Positions 26,368 to 40,271 of a stretch of DNA of 63,874 nt are shown here, one piece after another. The notes beneath the pieces are model-generated. The model was not told the origin of the DNA. It did no database searches and saw nothing but the letters and a program-made list of their open reading frames with translations. The position numbers were made by a program, and so were the translations under genes. Source of the DNA: Chiloscyllium plagiosum (taxonomy: Eukaryota); NCBI RefSeq assembly GCF_004010195.1, contig NC_057718.1:25676796-25740669 (forward strand), in the 5' to 3' direction. Each line of letters begins with the position of its first letter. Positions within the stretch are counted from its first letter, which is position 1.

Positions 26368-26563
26368 CAAACAGCAAATTATTGCAGATGCTCGAAATCT
26401 GAAATAAATGCTGAAAATACTGGAAATATGGGATGGAATTATACATTTTAAAAAATTCAGGGAACCAAATGATTATTGTCCTGAAATATTGGCTTTGTTT
26501 TTTTTTATATTTTCAGCATTGCTGCTTGACCTGCTGAGTGTTAACCATCATTTTCTGTTTTCA
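26368..26563. mobile_element. Old foldback PLE-derived remnant
   Basis: tgcagatgctcgaaatctgaaat (minus half) and gctgcttgacctgctgagtg...cattttctgtttt (plus half). Confidence 0.5.
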
Positions 26564-26721
26564 GTATTAAGAGCAGATCTTTTGAGTTTCCATGCTCACC
26601 ATTTCAAACCAATGAATAAGTAATATTAGTTGATAGGACTGATTTGCATGGACTCTGAATGCCATATTATTAAGGGCCTAATGTATTCTATGAGATACAT
26701 TTTGCACGCCTTTGGTCTATA

Positions 26722-27090
26722 TGGAAGAAAAAATTTGAATTTATATTGAGTTTTTCGCAACCTCATGACACCCAAAGTGCTTTACAGCCAAGAACATTCG
26801 AAATGTAGACACTGTGTTGAAATGTAGGAACAACAACCAAATTGCATTCAACCAGGTCCCACAAATGAAGCAATGATCGTATTTATTCTTCAGTAATGCT
26901 ACAAGGGGAACAGATATTGGTCAGCACACAAGTTGAACATTCTTACTGTGCTTTGAATAGTACTGTGGGATCTTCTGTCTCCACTTAAGAAGGCAAAGGA
27001 GAACATTGCAAAAGAATATCAATGAAGTGGCAGTTTGAAGTTCCTGGAATCCCCAGAATCTTCTAACACAGAGCTTAGAGTGCTACTTAA
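26722..27090 (-). mobile_element. Deu-domain SINE
   Basis: Reverse-complement matches to the Deu core and tail (caaagtgctttacagcc; gaatagtactgtgggatcttct). Confidence 0.65.
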
Positions 27091-28177
27091 TTTGTCAACT
27101 ACTATAGAAATGAAAATTTTGTTATTGTAATGTGTGGGCCAATTACTCCAATAGCATTCAGTCAGACTTATTTATACACTGAAAAAAACCCCTCTCTTCC
27201 ATTATAGTGAACTCTTGATGCTATTGTCCATGTATAGCTGGTTATAACGAGACATTATGTATCATGTCAGTGCACATGTATAGGAATTTCATTACCAGAG
27301 TAACAAAGTAAAATTAATTTTGTTGAAATGCACTGGTTTAACAGGAAGTTAAATGCTTGACTGCTGTTGACATGTGCCCAAGACACAATCTTTCTTCTAC
27401 ATTTCCAACAGATTTTTTTACGTTGAAATAAACTTTTTCACTATCTAGGAGCTATTTAAGATTGGATATTTCAGCCACTTGATAGCCCAACAAGCTTTCA
27501 TCGTCTGGCTGTTTCTTAAATGTCAACTTTGAATTGCCAATCACAATCTTCAACTAACAATCTTTGCAGATAGTGCTAGATATTAGTTGTGGATCTTCAA
27601 AGGCAGTCTGACTGCTAATCAATAATAAACCTTCACACAGTACTGGCTTTTATGGGTTGTTTATTACACTGGACCTGTAATTAGAATCAGACTGCCTACA
27701 CTGCAGGAAGCTACCGTTACTGACAAAGAAGAAACCAAGATGCTATATTGTACGGCAGCAGGTAGCATGTTATTGACTATGAATAGATTTCACACTTATT
27801 CAGATTGCTGGGTAAGGCTATGGGAATTAGCACTTAGGGACTTGCAGTTCAGCTTGGGCTACCTGTCCTCTTCCACTTTGATGATTTCACTTTCTCCAAG
27901 GCTGCATTCTAACTTCCCTTGCAGCTGTGTTGACAGTGCATTTAAGGGTATATGTATATTTCATGCCTCTGATGTTGTGTATTCAAGCTGCATGACTCTT
28001 TCACACAACCATTTGCGATGGTGAAGCTTGAGACTGGTTTGAGCATTTGCCCTCTTAAAATGTAGCATGTATCTCAGGAAACTTTCCTAGATCCCTAGAG
28101 ATTTCAGCTGAAAGGATTAATGCTGCTTCTTTGTCACCATCATATCCTCTGTCTTTATAATGATGCTGATAAGAGAA

Positions 28178-28312
28178 GAGCAAAATACTGCAGATGTTGA
28201 AAATCTGAAATAAGAGCAGTCAGCAAATTTGGAAAAAAACTTGTTAGGTTAGGCAACAAGTGTAGAGAAAAACAGAATTAATATAAAGGCTTGATAGCTT
28301 TTCATCAGGTCT
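28178..28312 (-). mobile_element. Old PLE pLTR remnant
   Basis: aaatactgcagatgttgaaaatctgaaata ... tttcatcagg (CTGATGA on the minus strand). Confidence 0.5.
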
Positions 28313-28877
28313 GAAGAGAATTAAAGACTTCAGAGTGTTTAGCCAGTAGAAAGGGCCACTATTTCTGCATGTACAGAACAAATCCAGATTGTGCTTCAGA
28401 GACACTACTGAAAATTGTAACATATTATTAACAGTCCACACACCAGAAAATTAGCTGTTGGGAAGTGGTAGTCTTAAACGGCTGAATGACCATTTCACAA
28501 TTCATGTTCTCTTGTGGGCTGACACATTGGCAGTAATTTTGCAAAATTATATTCACTTAAGTGGTCGTTTGATAGTTCAGAGCTGTGTCTTTTTTTCAGC
28601 AATGCTCAATGGCCCAGATTTTTCAATGACCGTTTCTGCAGGAAAGATCAGGGTTACACGCTGGGACCCTGCAGAATCTCGATGTATCAGACTCTGAGAG
28701 AACTACTCAGGGTACAGAAGATTTCAATGGATAGGTGTCCTATGCCTGGACCCTTCTGAAAATTGGTGAATTTGAAAGGTTTGCTGCAGTTAAGTAAATA
28801 GTTAATCAGGAAAGGAAAGAGTATTAAAAACCTAGTCTAATCTGATTAAACTAGTAATGATTAAACTGACCCCCTAT

Positions 28878-28945
28878 TTACCCCCCCCCCCAACACACAG
28901 ACACACACACAGACACAGACACACAGACAGACAGACACACACATA
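28878..28945. repeat. Poly(C) plus (CA)/(CAGA) microsatellite
   Basis: Direct reading of the sequence. Confidence 0.9.
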
Positions 28946-29939
28946 CAACTACAACTTCCTGAGGCCCTTGCACTCTTCAACCCCTGATCCGCCACCAGAT
29001 CCAACACTCTGCCTCTACATGGGATCTAATTTCTTCTTCCCACCCAGGAGTCAAAACTCGCTCCACCTACCGACACCATTTCCCAGGACCTGAAATCCAG
29101 AGCCCCCCCAAACCCCAGACCTGAAATCTCGCTATCTTCCTGTGTCCTGACAACCTTCTCTCCTGCCGTCTGAGCTGATATCTCCTTCCCCCATCCACAG
29201 GAGCTGACACCTCATTGCCCCACCCTGGCAGGGGACACCCCTGGGAGCTGACACGCCCCTCACCCCATGATCCAACACCCCTAAATGCTTCTTTAATATA
29301 ATGAGAGTTCCAACCTCTGCCAACCTTCCAATTCCCCTCCCTGGAAAAAAGATTTTTCCTTCAACTTCTGCCAAACCTCCTGCCCCTTAATCTACAGAAT
29401 AGTTGTTCCGCATAAACTGACCTGTAGTCCTCCAGCACCTCTCCTATGGCCAGCGAGGATTGAAAATTAATGATGGATTAATTAGCTTACTCTTTTGTGT
29501 CCCAACGGTCTATGATCCACTCATAGCTCCCCACTCTCAAAATTAATTTATTCAAGTACATCACCACACCTTTGCCGATTTCTATACCTACATTGTCATT
29601 CTGTGTATGAGTACCGATGCAAAGTACTGAATTAAAACCTCAAACTGGTCAATATAATGTAGGAAATGTAAGTTTATGCATTTTGGCATAAGAGTAGAGC
29701 AGCTTAATATTATTTAAATGGAGAGAGACTGCAGAAAGCTATAGCACAGATAGATTTGCAAGTCCTCATGCACAAATCAGAGAAAGCTAGCATTCCCATT
29801 CAGTGGGTAATAGTGAAGGCAATGGATTGTTGACCTTCTAAGTGAATGAAGTATAATGATCGTGAAGTCTCGCTAAAACTATACAAGGCACTAGTTAGAC
29901 CATAGCTGGAATACTGTGAACAGTTTTAAACAATTAAGG

Positions 29940-32900
29940 ACGGGAGATGGGACCCAGGGAGATAGTGAGGAAAGAGATCAATCTGAGACTGGTACAGTTG
30001 AGAAAAGAAGCGAGTCAAACAGTCAGGGCAGGCAGGGACAAAGCAGAGAACAAGGTAGGACTGATAAATTAAACTGAATTTACTTCAATGCAAGAGACCT
30101 AACAGGGAAGGCAGATGAACTCAGGGCATGGCTAGGAATTTAGGATTGGGATATCATTGCAATTACAGAAACTTGGCTCAGGGATGGACAGGACTGGCAG
30201 CTTAATGTTCCAGGATACAAATGCTATAGGAAGGATAGAAAGGGGACAAGAGGGGGAGAGGTGTTTTTGATAAGGGATAGTGTTACAGCTGTACTTAGGG
30301 GGCATATTTCTGGGAATACATCCAGGGAAGGTATTTGGGTGGAACTGAGAGATAAGAAAGAGACGATCACCTTATTGGGATTGTGTTATTGATCTTTTAA
30401 TAGTCAGAGAGAATTGAGAAGCAAATTTGTAAGGAGATCTCAGTTACCTGTAAGAATAATAGAGTGGTTATGGTACGGGATTAACTTTCCAAACATGGAC
30501 CGGGACTGCCATAGTGTTAAGGGTTTAGATGATGAGGAATTTGCTAAGTGTGCACAAGAAAACTTTCTGATTCAGCATGTGGATGTACCTACGAAGAAGA
30601 TGCAAAACTTGACCTACTCTTGGGAAATAGGGCAGGGCAGGCGGCTGAGGTGTCAGTGGGGAGCACTTTGGAGCCAGCGACCATAATTCTATTAGATTTA
30701 AAATTGTGATAGAATAGGGTAGACCGGTTCTAAAGGTTGAAATTCTAAATTGGAGGAAGGTAAGTTTTGACGGTATTAGGCAAGAATATTTGAAAGCTGA
30801 TTGGGGGCAGAAGTTCACAGGTAGAGCTGGAAAATGGGAAGCCTTCAGAAATGAGATACCGAGAGTCCAGAGACAGTATCTTCCTGTTAGGGTGAAAGGA
30901 AAGGTTGGTAGGTACAGAAAATGCTGGATGACTCGAGAAATTGAGGTTTTGGTTCAGAAGAAGAAGGAAGCATATGACAGATGTAGACAGGACAGATTGA
31001 GTGAATCCTTAGAGTATAAAAGCAGTAGGAGTATACTTAAGAGGGAAATCAGGAGGGCATGAGATAGTTTTCTATCGAAGGAGAATCCAAAGGGTTTTTA
31101 TAAATACATTAAGGACAAAAGGATAAGTAGGGAGAGAATAGGGCCCCTCAAAGATCACAAAGCAGCCTATGTGTGGAGCCGCAGGAGATGGGGGAGATGC
31201 TAAACAAGTATTTTGCATCAGAGTTTACTGTGGAGAAGGACATGGAAGATATAAAATGTAAGGAAACAGATGGTGACATCTTGAAAAATGTCCATATTAC
31301 AGAGGAGGAGGTGCTGGATGTTTTGAAATCATAAAAGTGAATAAATCCTCAGGAACTGATCTGGTGTACCCTAGATCTGTGGGAAGCTAGGGAAGTGATT
31401 GCTGGGCCCTTTGCTGAGATACTTGTATCATTGGTAGTCACAGGTGAGATGCCAAAAGACTGGAGGTTGGCTAATGTGGTGCTACTATTTAAGGAAGGTG
31501 GTAAGGAAAAGCCAGGGAACTATAGACCAGTGAGCATGATGTCAGTGTTGGGCAAGTTGTTGGAGGGAATCCTGAGGGACAGGATTTACATATAATAGGA
31601 ATGGCAAGGATTGATTAGGGATAGTCAGCATGGCTTTGTGCAAGGGAAATCATGTCTCACAAAATTGATTGAGTTTTTTGAAGAAGTAACAAAGAGGATT
31701 GATGAGGGCAGAGCTGTGGACGTGATCTATTTGGACTTCAGTAAGGCGTTCGACAAGGTTCCTCATGGGAGACTGGTTAGCAAGGTTGGATCTCATGGAA
31801 TAGAGGGAGAACAAGCCATTTGAATACAGAGCTTGCTTGAAGGCAGAAGACAGAGGGTAGTGGTAGAGGGTTGTTTTTCAGACTGAAGGCCTGTGGCCAG
31901 TGAATTGCAACATGGATCGATGCTGGGACAATTACTTTTCATCAATTAAATTTGAGGGGTATGGACAGTGAAGAAGGTTACCTCAGATTACAAAGTGATC
32001 TTGATCAGATAGGCCAATGGGCTGAGGAATGGCAGGTGGAATTTAGTTTAGATAAATGCGATGTGCTGCAAATCAGAGCAGGACTTATACACTTAACAGA
32101 AAGGTCCTAGGGAGTGTTGCTGAACAAAGAGTCCTTGGTGTGCAGGTTCTTAGTTCCTTGAAAGTAGAGTCACGGGTAGATAGGATAGTGAAGAAGGTGT
32201 TTGGTACGCTTTCCTTTATTGGTCAGACTATTGAATATAGCAGTTGGGAGGTCATGTTGAGGCTGTACAGGATGTTGGTGCGGTCACTTTTGAAATATTG
32301 TCTGCAATTCTAGTCTCCTTCCTATCGGAAGGATGTTGTGAAACTTGAAAGGGTTCAGAAAAGATTTACAAGGATGTTGCCAGGATTTAAGCCAAAGGGA
32401 AAAGATAAAGAGGCTGGGACTGTTTTCCCTGGAGCGTTGGAGGTGACCTTATAGAGGTTTGTAAAATCATGAGAGACATGAATAGGAAAAATAGAGAAAG
32501 CCTTTTCCCTGGGGTGGGGGAGTCCAGAACTAGAGGGCATAGGTTTAGGGTGAGAGGGGCAAACTCTGGCTGATTTTTTCCAGTCATTAACTTTGAAATA
32601 TTGGTGACATTTTTTCATGTTCAGCAACATCTTGAATACTTTAGGACGTAATTGTATAATTGTGCGCCCGTAATTAAATTTTGGAGACATATTCTCCATG
32701 GGGTTTTTTGAATATAATCATGGTAGGTCACAGCATACTTGAAAACATAATTGCCCATCGTCAATATCATCACTGGTGAGAAGCTTAATTGAAGAGCTAT
32801 TCCATCATCGGGAGGAGGTTCTTTCTGTCAACTGCAAATATTGATAATTGTTTGGTAGAAATTGGATGAATCTCATGAACAGAGATTTTGCCAATTACAA

Positions 32901-33155
32901 AAGAGACCTAAAGGGCAATATTTTCACACAGAGGGTGGTACGTGTATGGTATGAGCTGCCAGAAGAAGTAATGGAGGCTGGTACAATTACAACATTTAAA
33001 AGGATCTAGATGGGTCTATGAACAGGACGGATTTAAGAAATATGGGCAAGTGCTGGCAAATGGGACTAGATTAGGTTAGGATATCTGGTCGGCATGGATG
33101 AGTTGGACTGGTCTGTTTCCGTGCTGGACATCTCTATGAATCTGTGACTCTATAT
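29940..33155 (+). mobile_element. Long decayed CR1 LINE (APE endonuclease through RT to 3'UTR)
   Basis: APE start (IYFNAR..GKADEL..WDIIAITETW), RT ORFs 31395-31823 and 32056-32313, and a 3' tail near 33150. Many frameshifts. Interrupted at 32560-32899. Confidence 0.95.
32560..32899 (+). repeat. 340-bp copy of 35180-35529 inserted into the CR1
   Basis: Near-identical by eye from caaactctggctgatttttt to gattttgccaattaca. Confidence 0.95.
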
Positions 33156-34313
33156 GAGTTTGATCTCCCCTGCCATGCCTTTAGCTAAAATACTCTTATC
33201 TAAGTTTAAGCATTTAGAAAATGATCTGACTTTCCTTTTTGAGAAATGGGCGGGAACTTTTGCCTTTCCTTCATGCAATTTTAAAATGGACAACAGATAG
33301 CTTACCCATTACCTATTAATCTGCTGTTTGCTTTGTGCTGTCGTTACTTTTGTCAGCCTTTTTGAGTTCTGGTGGGGTTCCTGTTGGATTAAGTTGCTGC
33401 TCCAACTAAGCTCAATCAGGGCCTCAATCCTCAGGTTCTTACTCAGAAGCTCAGTTGCTTCCATTCACACCAGGTCCCTCCGCTCCACTCGCGCTGGCTT
33501 AATACTGAAGGAAAGCATTGGCAGTAACAAAGAAAAATGACAGAAGTAGTAGGGCTGCTTGGTAACATGACTGATGGTAGCTCTTGAATCACCAGCTCTC
33601 ACTTGCTCTCTGCAATGCTCTCAGATCTTCGGGGGAGCCAATGGAAATTGTGTCACATTCTCATTAAACGTGGTTCAAAGGCACTATGGACTGATGTGTG
33701 TCAGCAATTTGTAGGGGAACAATCTACATCTGCTCTCTGTGATGTCGTTCTAAACTGTAGGAAGGTTTTGATTCCATTTAGTTTTCACATTTCAATGCCT
33801 CAATTTCACAAATTGCTGTGCAGTGCATTATGTAACCAGTTTGCTTTGTGAATTTTGTTTCAGGGTGTCTTGCTCTTATCCACTACAATTTGTTTTGGAT
33901 TTCCTTTGTAAAGACATTTACCAAATGGTCAGGAATATATTAAAATAAAATTAATGTTACAATTATATCATGACTATGTGTTCCATCTATGTGCTTACAG
34001 ATTTTGATTTGAGAATTGGCTATGTTCAGTAAATTGTGATATGATGTTGAAATAGAAACAGAAAATAATGCAAATGTGCAGCAAATCAAGGAACATCCAA
34101 ATGTGATCAGTAATGATTTAAATGAGAGAGTAGCCAAAACACAATTTTTGTTTCGATTGCAGAATTTCAAATTTTGCCTTTTTCTTCTCCCTTTCCCCCT
34201 CAACCCCACTTGGTTCCATATTTTGGTGCTATCTTAAGGTGCTGATAGCTATCAGTCATATGGGCATGACTTGTGATTCTATAAAGTGACAATTATAGTG
34301 TCATTTGACTTAG

Positions 34314-34440
34314 CATTCCTGATGAAGGGCTTATGCCCGAACATCTCCTGCTCCTCGGATGCTGCCTGACCTGCTGTGCTTTTCCAGCACCACACTCTCC
34401 GACTCTGCAAATCCAGCATCTGCAGTCCTCACGTTGTCCC
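34314..34440 (+). mobile_element. Short PLE unit with hammerhead core
   Basis: attc-CTGATGA-a-gggc ttat gccc-GAAcat (3' core damaged), followed by the PLE 3' block. Confidence 0.8.
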
Positions 34441-37400
34441 TGTGAAAGGCATCATCATTGATAATGTCTCGACCGTGTCCAATGTTCAAACAAGTGCTTT
34501 TATCTATTATTGATCGTTGCTAGCAGAAGAAAAAATGAGTTGCCACATTCTGCCCTTCCCACTCTTTATTTCTAGGCTTGGCTATGGAGCCAGTGGAAGC
34601 CCTAAAACACCAAACCTGACCAAAATCAACAAACTGAACATGGATTGGAGAATCAAGTTTGTGATTGATTTAGTGCCATAATTTCTCTTGCAGCTACTGA
34701 TGCTATTCAATTACGCATTAAGCAGTCCAATTACCCATTGAATAGCCAACGAAGTTTAAAGAGCTCTTTCATTGCCAGAGTCTAGTTCTTGCACTGGAAT
34801 TATTGTGATTCAGTGCTGAGAGGAACCGAACCATATCAGAATGTGAGCAAAACTGATAACGTGTTGATTGCAAATGGAAATTCCAGTTGACCCACTTAGA
34901 TTTTTGCAAATTGGTTCATTTGTCATATTTAAGCTTCCCTGACACCAGCAAGCATTTTCTTTATTTTTAAGAAGTTCTCCTTGATTCCTGAAATGAACAA
35001 CTGTGGAATGATATTGCCTTGTGTTTATGAATGAATGTCACGTATATCTGTAGCAGTTCACTGGCTCCCCCTGTTAAATCTTCAACAAACTCACTGTAAT
35101 GTAAAGTGGAGTACCATATGCTAAGAAGATTGAGGCAAAACTCCGTAAATCATAAACTGATATATATATATATAATTGCCAAACTCTGGCTGATTTTTTC
35201 CAGTCATTAACTTTGAAATATTGGTGACGTTTTTTCATGTTCAGCAACATCTTGAATACTTTAGGACATAATTGTATAATTGTGCACCCTAATTAAATTT
35301 TGGAGACATATTCTCCATAGGGTTTTTTGAATATAATCATGGTAGATCACAGCATACTTGAAAACATAATTGCCCATCATCAATATCATCACTGGTGAGA
35401 AGCTTAATTGAAGAGCTATTCCATCAGAAATTCTTTTACGGGAGGAGGTTCTTCCTGTCAACTGCAAATATTGATAATTGTTTGGTGGAATTTGGATGAA
35501 TCTCATGAACAGAGATTTTGCCAATTACAGCAACCGATCAGTAAAAGTCTTGAGTTAAGTCCTGACCTGTGGATGCAGGACCAGAGCAGAGTCTGGATAT
35601 TATGTAGTGACCATAACATCTGCTGATTGCTGCAACATCTACAAAACCTGTACCAAGAGTGTAAAGAAAAAGCTGCTAACACCTGGGGTATGTGTAGCTG
35701 CAAATACATTTAAGAAGCTTGACAGCATCTAGCCAAGATAATGCACTTGATTGGCACTTCTACCTCAGGAGTCAGTATTGACCCCATCAATCCCTGGCTC
35801 ACACTAACTCTGTATAAGGTCGATAAAATGTACAGTTACCTTGATATAACTTAATTTCTCCAGTGTCTACTGCAACCATGCTGTGGGAGCACCATCACCT
35901 TCACCAAACATATTTCAACATGTGCAACTGCAGCATCAACAGTTGGCTGCCAAAAACTGTGAAAATTGCATTGAAAATGATATCTGGGAGGGAAATGCCT
36001 GACTGGTTCCTCCCACATAGATCATTGACATCAAGATTTGGCTCGACATAATGAAACATGAGAAAAAGCTGAAGTACAGGCAGATGGTTCTGAAGTTGGC
36101 ACTGACCTCCTGTGAACAGGCATGCCTACCAAAGAAATCAGACTTCCTGAGGTGGAAAGAAAGAAGATATCACTGCTGCAGTGGTAGGACTATCTGGATA
36201 TGATCAAGCAAGTTTCTCAGGAAGGAAAGCAGATAAACTGGAAACTTACAGAAAGTCAATGACCATTCCTGTAGTCAACATATGATTTATATTTAGTGTT
36301 TATACTTTTTATCTGAAAGTGATGAATAGGATCAGCAAAGAAAATATTATTATTTCTTTGATGAATTTGGATCTTATCTCTATATATATTGATATATATG
36401 TGGAAAACTGCATTTTATAATTATGTATCGATATATTATAAATCCATATCTGTAGTTCCCTATGTATTAATGAATATTTAGCTTCTGACCTCCTTCTGCC
36501 GTTCTGCTTTCCTACCTCTTTTGCTTCTCCTTCCTTATGTTTACTAACTGAGAATTTCTACTGCAGCTGGTACAGTTGAGTGGCTTTGTTCAATTTCTCT
36601 TGCTCTGGTGGCTTCCTTTACCAGTTGAATGCCACTTGTTATTTGGGTGACAGTAACATGAAACAAAGCCGAGCCTGAGTAATTCGACACAAATTTGTAA
36701 ATTGCTTAACAAGTGAATAAATAAAAATGCTAGGGTTGTGCCTGTGCTTAAACTTTATGTGCACAGGAATATTTCAAGAAACTGATTAATGATTTGTTCT
36801 TCATCATACAAAATCCTTCACACACTTTAATGTAACAAATGTGCTATCATTGAATGACAGAGTAGTTTCCTTCCTTTCACTTATGAAAGACGCAGTTTCT
36901 GAGTGTGGGAAATACTGATTCCTTAAATTGGGTATATCAATTTATCATTTACGAGTAAAGAGACCTAGGGTTGGAGCAAATGTATAAATGGTGCTAAGAT
37001 TAAAAGTGCAAAACACATCAGAATGCACTGTGGCTGTTTTGTCAAGGTGAAGGTGCACTTATAATTTGCATAAAACTCATTAGCATAAATCAGAACTAAA
37101 TTTTGTTTAACTGTAACAGAAGGAGAAGCAAGCTTTAACTGACATCTGGCCACTGCATGTGGAAGTGATGACAGCTAAATGCATGTGGCCATGGATACCG
37201 TTGCATCTAAGTTCCTGGATACAAGCTATCAACCTCACAGCTCGATGACATTTGGCATGGACTCGACAGTCCAACCTGGGACCATAATGTATTTTGTACA
37301 CATGGGACTTCATGAGAATGAATCTTCATGGATGTATCACAGAATCACTCAATTTTAACAGTACAGAATCAGGCTATTCAACCCATTGTGTCTGTACTGG

Positions 37401-37637
37401 TTCTGGAAAGATCTACCTAGCTAGTTCCATTCTCCAGTCCTATCTCTGTAACTCTCTGACTTCATCACTTTCAAATAAATATCCAGGTCTTTTCTGAAGC
37501 CTCCTATGGAATCTGCCTTCACTACTCTCCCAGGCAACACATTCCAAATCCCAACAACTCTCTGAAAAAAGAACTTTCTCCTCATCTCACTCCTAGCTCT
37601 GTTGCTGACAATCTTGAAATTGTGACGGCACGGTAAG

Positions 37638-37802
37638 TGGGTGGCACGGTGGCACAGTGGTTAGCACTGCTGCCTCGCAGCGCCAGAGACCCGGGTTCAA
37701 TTCCCGCCTCAGGNNNNNNNNNNNGGGTCGGTGTGGACTTGTTGGGCCGAAGGGCCTGTTTCCACACTGTAATGTAATGTAATGTAATCTAATCTAATCT
37801 AA
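37638..37802 (+). mobile_element. Young HE1 SINE, middle lost in an N gap (37714-37724)
   Basis: CpG-rich head ggcacggtggcacagtggttagc...gggttcaattccc and (tgtaa)n(atcta)n tail. Confidence 0.9.
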
Positions 37803-38049
37803 CCTCTCGTTACTGACGTACCAACTGGTGAAAGCAGAATATTCTCTTTTACTCTGTCAAAATTGTTCATAATTTTGAATACATCAAAAAGGTCATCTCT
37901 TAATTTCTCTGCTCCAAGGAGAATAAGCCCAATTCTCTCATCTTTCCTTGTATCTAAAACCTTTCATTCCTGGTATCATTCCAGTAAATCTCCTTTGTGC
38001 TCTCTCCAGGGCTTTAACATCATTCCTTAAACAACGTGCTCAAAAAAGG

Positions 38050-38962
38050 AGGCGAGCATAAGAGGTACAGTTATTAAGTTTGCAGATGACACCAAAACTG
38101 GAGGTGTAGTGGACAACGAAGAAGGTTACCTCAAATTACAACAGGATCTTGACCAGATGGGCCAATGGGCCGAGAAGTGGCAGATGGAGTTTAATTCAGA
38201 TAAATGCAAGGTGCTGCATTTTGGGATAGCAAATCTTAGCAGGACGTATACACTTAATGGTAAGGTCCTGGAGAGTGTTGTTGAACAAAGAGACCTTGGA
38301 GTGCAGGTTCATAGCTCCTTGAAAGTGGAGTCGCAGGTAGATAGGATAGTGAAGAAAGCGTTTGGTATGCTTTCCTTTATTGGTCAGAGTATTGAGTACA
38401 GAAGTTGGGAGATCATGTGGAGGGTGCACAGGACATTGGTTAGGCCACTGATGGAATATTGCATGCAATTCTGGTCTCCTTCCTATCAGAAAGATGTTTT
38501 GAAACTTGAATGGGTTCAGAAAAGATTAACAAGGATGTTGCCAGGGTTGGAGGATTTGAGCTACAGGGAGAGGCTGAACAGGCTGGGGTTGTTTTTCCTG
38601 GAGTGTTGGAGGCTGAGGGGTGACCTTATAGAGGTTTACAAAATTATGAGGGGCATGGATAGGATAAATAGACAAAGTATTTTCCCTGGGGTAGGGAGTC
38701 CAGAACTAGAGGGGGTTTAGGGTGAGAGGGGAAAGATATAAAAGGGACCTAAGGGGCAACTTTTTCATGCAAAGGAAGTGGTGGAGGCTGGTATAATTGC
38801 AACATTTAAAAGGCATTTGGATGAGTATATGAATAGGAAGGGTTTGGAGGGATATGGGCCGGGTGCTGGCAGGTGGGACTAGATTGGGTTGGGATATCTG
38901 GTCAGTATGGGCGGGTTGGACTAAAGGGTTTGTTTCTATGCTGTACATGTCTATAACTCTAT
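38050..38962 (+). mobile_element. 5'-truncated CR1 LINE
   Basis: KFADDTK motif, 203-aa ORF 38109-38720 and 3'UTR. Confidence 0.95.
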
Positions 38963-39667
38963 GAAAGGGAACAAAATACTCCAAATTTGTAAAGGTGTAG
39001 CATCTCTACCTTGTTTTACACTCGATTCTTTATTTATAAACCAAGTCATCCTGCAAGCCTTATTAACTTGCTTGGCCATCTTCAAAGAATCACATAAATG
39101 CAAGGAGCCTCTGTTCCTGTACTCTGCTCCAAGTTGCACCATTGAGCTTTTATTGTACCTCCATGTTTCTCCTGCTAAAATACCTCACATTTCTCTGTAT
39201 TGAAATTCATCTGCCACATGTCTGCCCATTTAGCCAACTTGTCGATGTCCCTCTGAAACCATTCAGCATCATCCTCCCAATTCACTATTCTCCCGAGCTT
39301 GGTATCATCTGCACATTTGGAGATTTTGCCCTCAACACCCATCTCCAATTTGTTCATGTAAATCAGAAAAAGGAACGGCCCCAGCACTGATCTCTGGGGC
39401 ACATCATTCTCAACGCATTTCCAATCTGAGTATTACCCATCTATACTCACCATCTATGCCAACAGCAAATTGATGATGCCAAGGATCCATCAATCACAAA
39501 CATTTCTAATTTGCTAACCAATCTGCCATATGGCATTGTATTAAATGCTTTCTGAAAGTCCAAATATACATCTACAACACTACCCTCATCCACAACTTAT
39601 GTCACTCCATCGAAGAACTCAGTTAAATTTGTCACACATGACCTGCACTTGGCAAAGTCAATGTGTT

Positions 39668-39990
39668 GACACACCAAGATCCCAAGTGAGATCTGGTATT
39701 GACATGCCATGCCTCCCCATACAGTATCAGGGTATATTCGCTCATAGTTTGCCCAATGGAGAGGAATGCCCAATAGTATATGCATCCAGGACTTTGGCTA
39801 ATGCAGAGCATAAATACACCTAGGTAGAGAAGGATGGTTTGATGTTCATATTTGGAATCATGAAGTTCCATCAGTAGCTTTATGGATGTAAATTTGTAAT
39901 CATAATAGCAGACCACAAACCCTTGCTCGGTCAAGACAGTGTCGCATGTAGCTTCAAGTCAAATTCTCCCCATTAGCAACTCTGCTGGTG
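39668..39990 (+). mobile_element. Gypsy LTR-retrotransposon RNase H fragment
   Basis: Translates as PNGEECPIVYASRTLANAEHKYT*VEKDGL..IFGIMKFHQ*LYGCKF...DHKPLLG. Confidence 0.85.
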
Positions 39991-40072
39991 CTGTCCCTGT
40001 AGGGGCGGTCCTATAATCAAATAGGAACTGGGACAGTTTGGTATCTAGTGAAACTGTAGGCTGTTTCTTTAA

Positions 40073-40181
40073 AGGTCAGGCAGCACCCAAGGAGCAGGAG
40101 AGTCAACGTTTTGGGCAGAAGCCCTGATGATACCACACTCTTGACTCTAATCACCAGCATCTGCAGTCCTCACTTTGCCAT
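40073..40181. mobile_element. Foldback mini-PLE
   Basis: A minus unit (gggc ttct gccc aaaacgtt) is joined to a plus 3' block. Diverged TSD gctgtttctttaa / gcagtttgtttaa. Confidence 0.7.
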
Positions 40182-40271
40182 GCAGTTTGTTTAAGACTGC
40201 CTTCAATGTTTGGACTGCTCTTTCTACCAGACCATTGAATAATGGATGTAATGGAGCTGTCCATATATGTC

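Larger units (their letters stand above)
37340..39665 (-). mobile_element. Old CR1 LINE, interrupted by an HE1 SINE and a younger CR1
   Basis: ORF 39175-39402 (PQRSVLGPFLFLIYMN...SKCADDTKL...WQMNFN) and the 3' region at 37340-38045. Confidence 0.85.

Noticed and set aside
35990..36280. Possible Harbinger Myb/SANT ORF remnant
   Set aside because: Too degenerate to support by eye.
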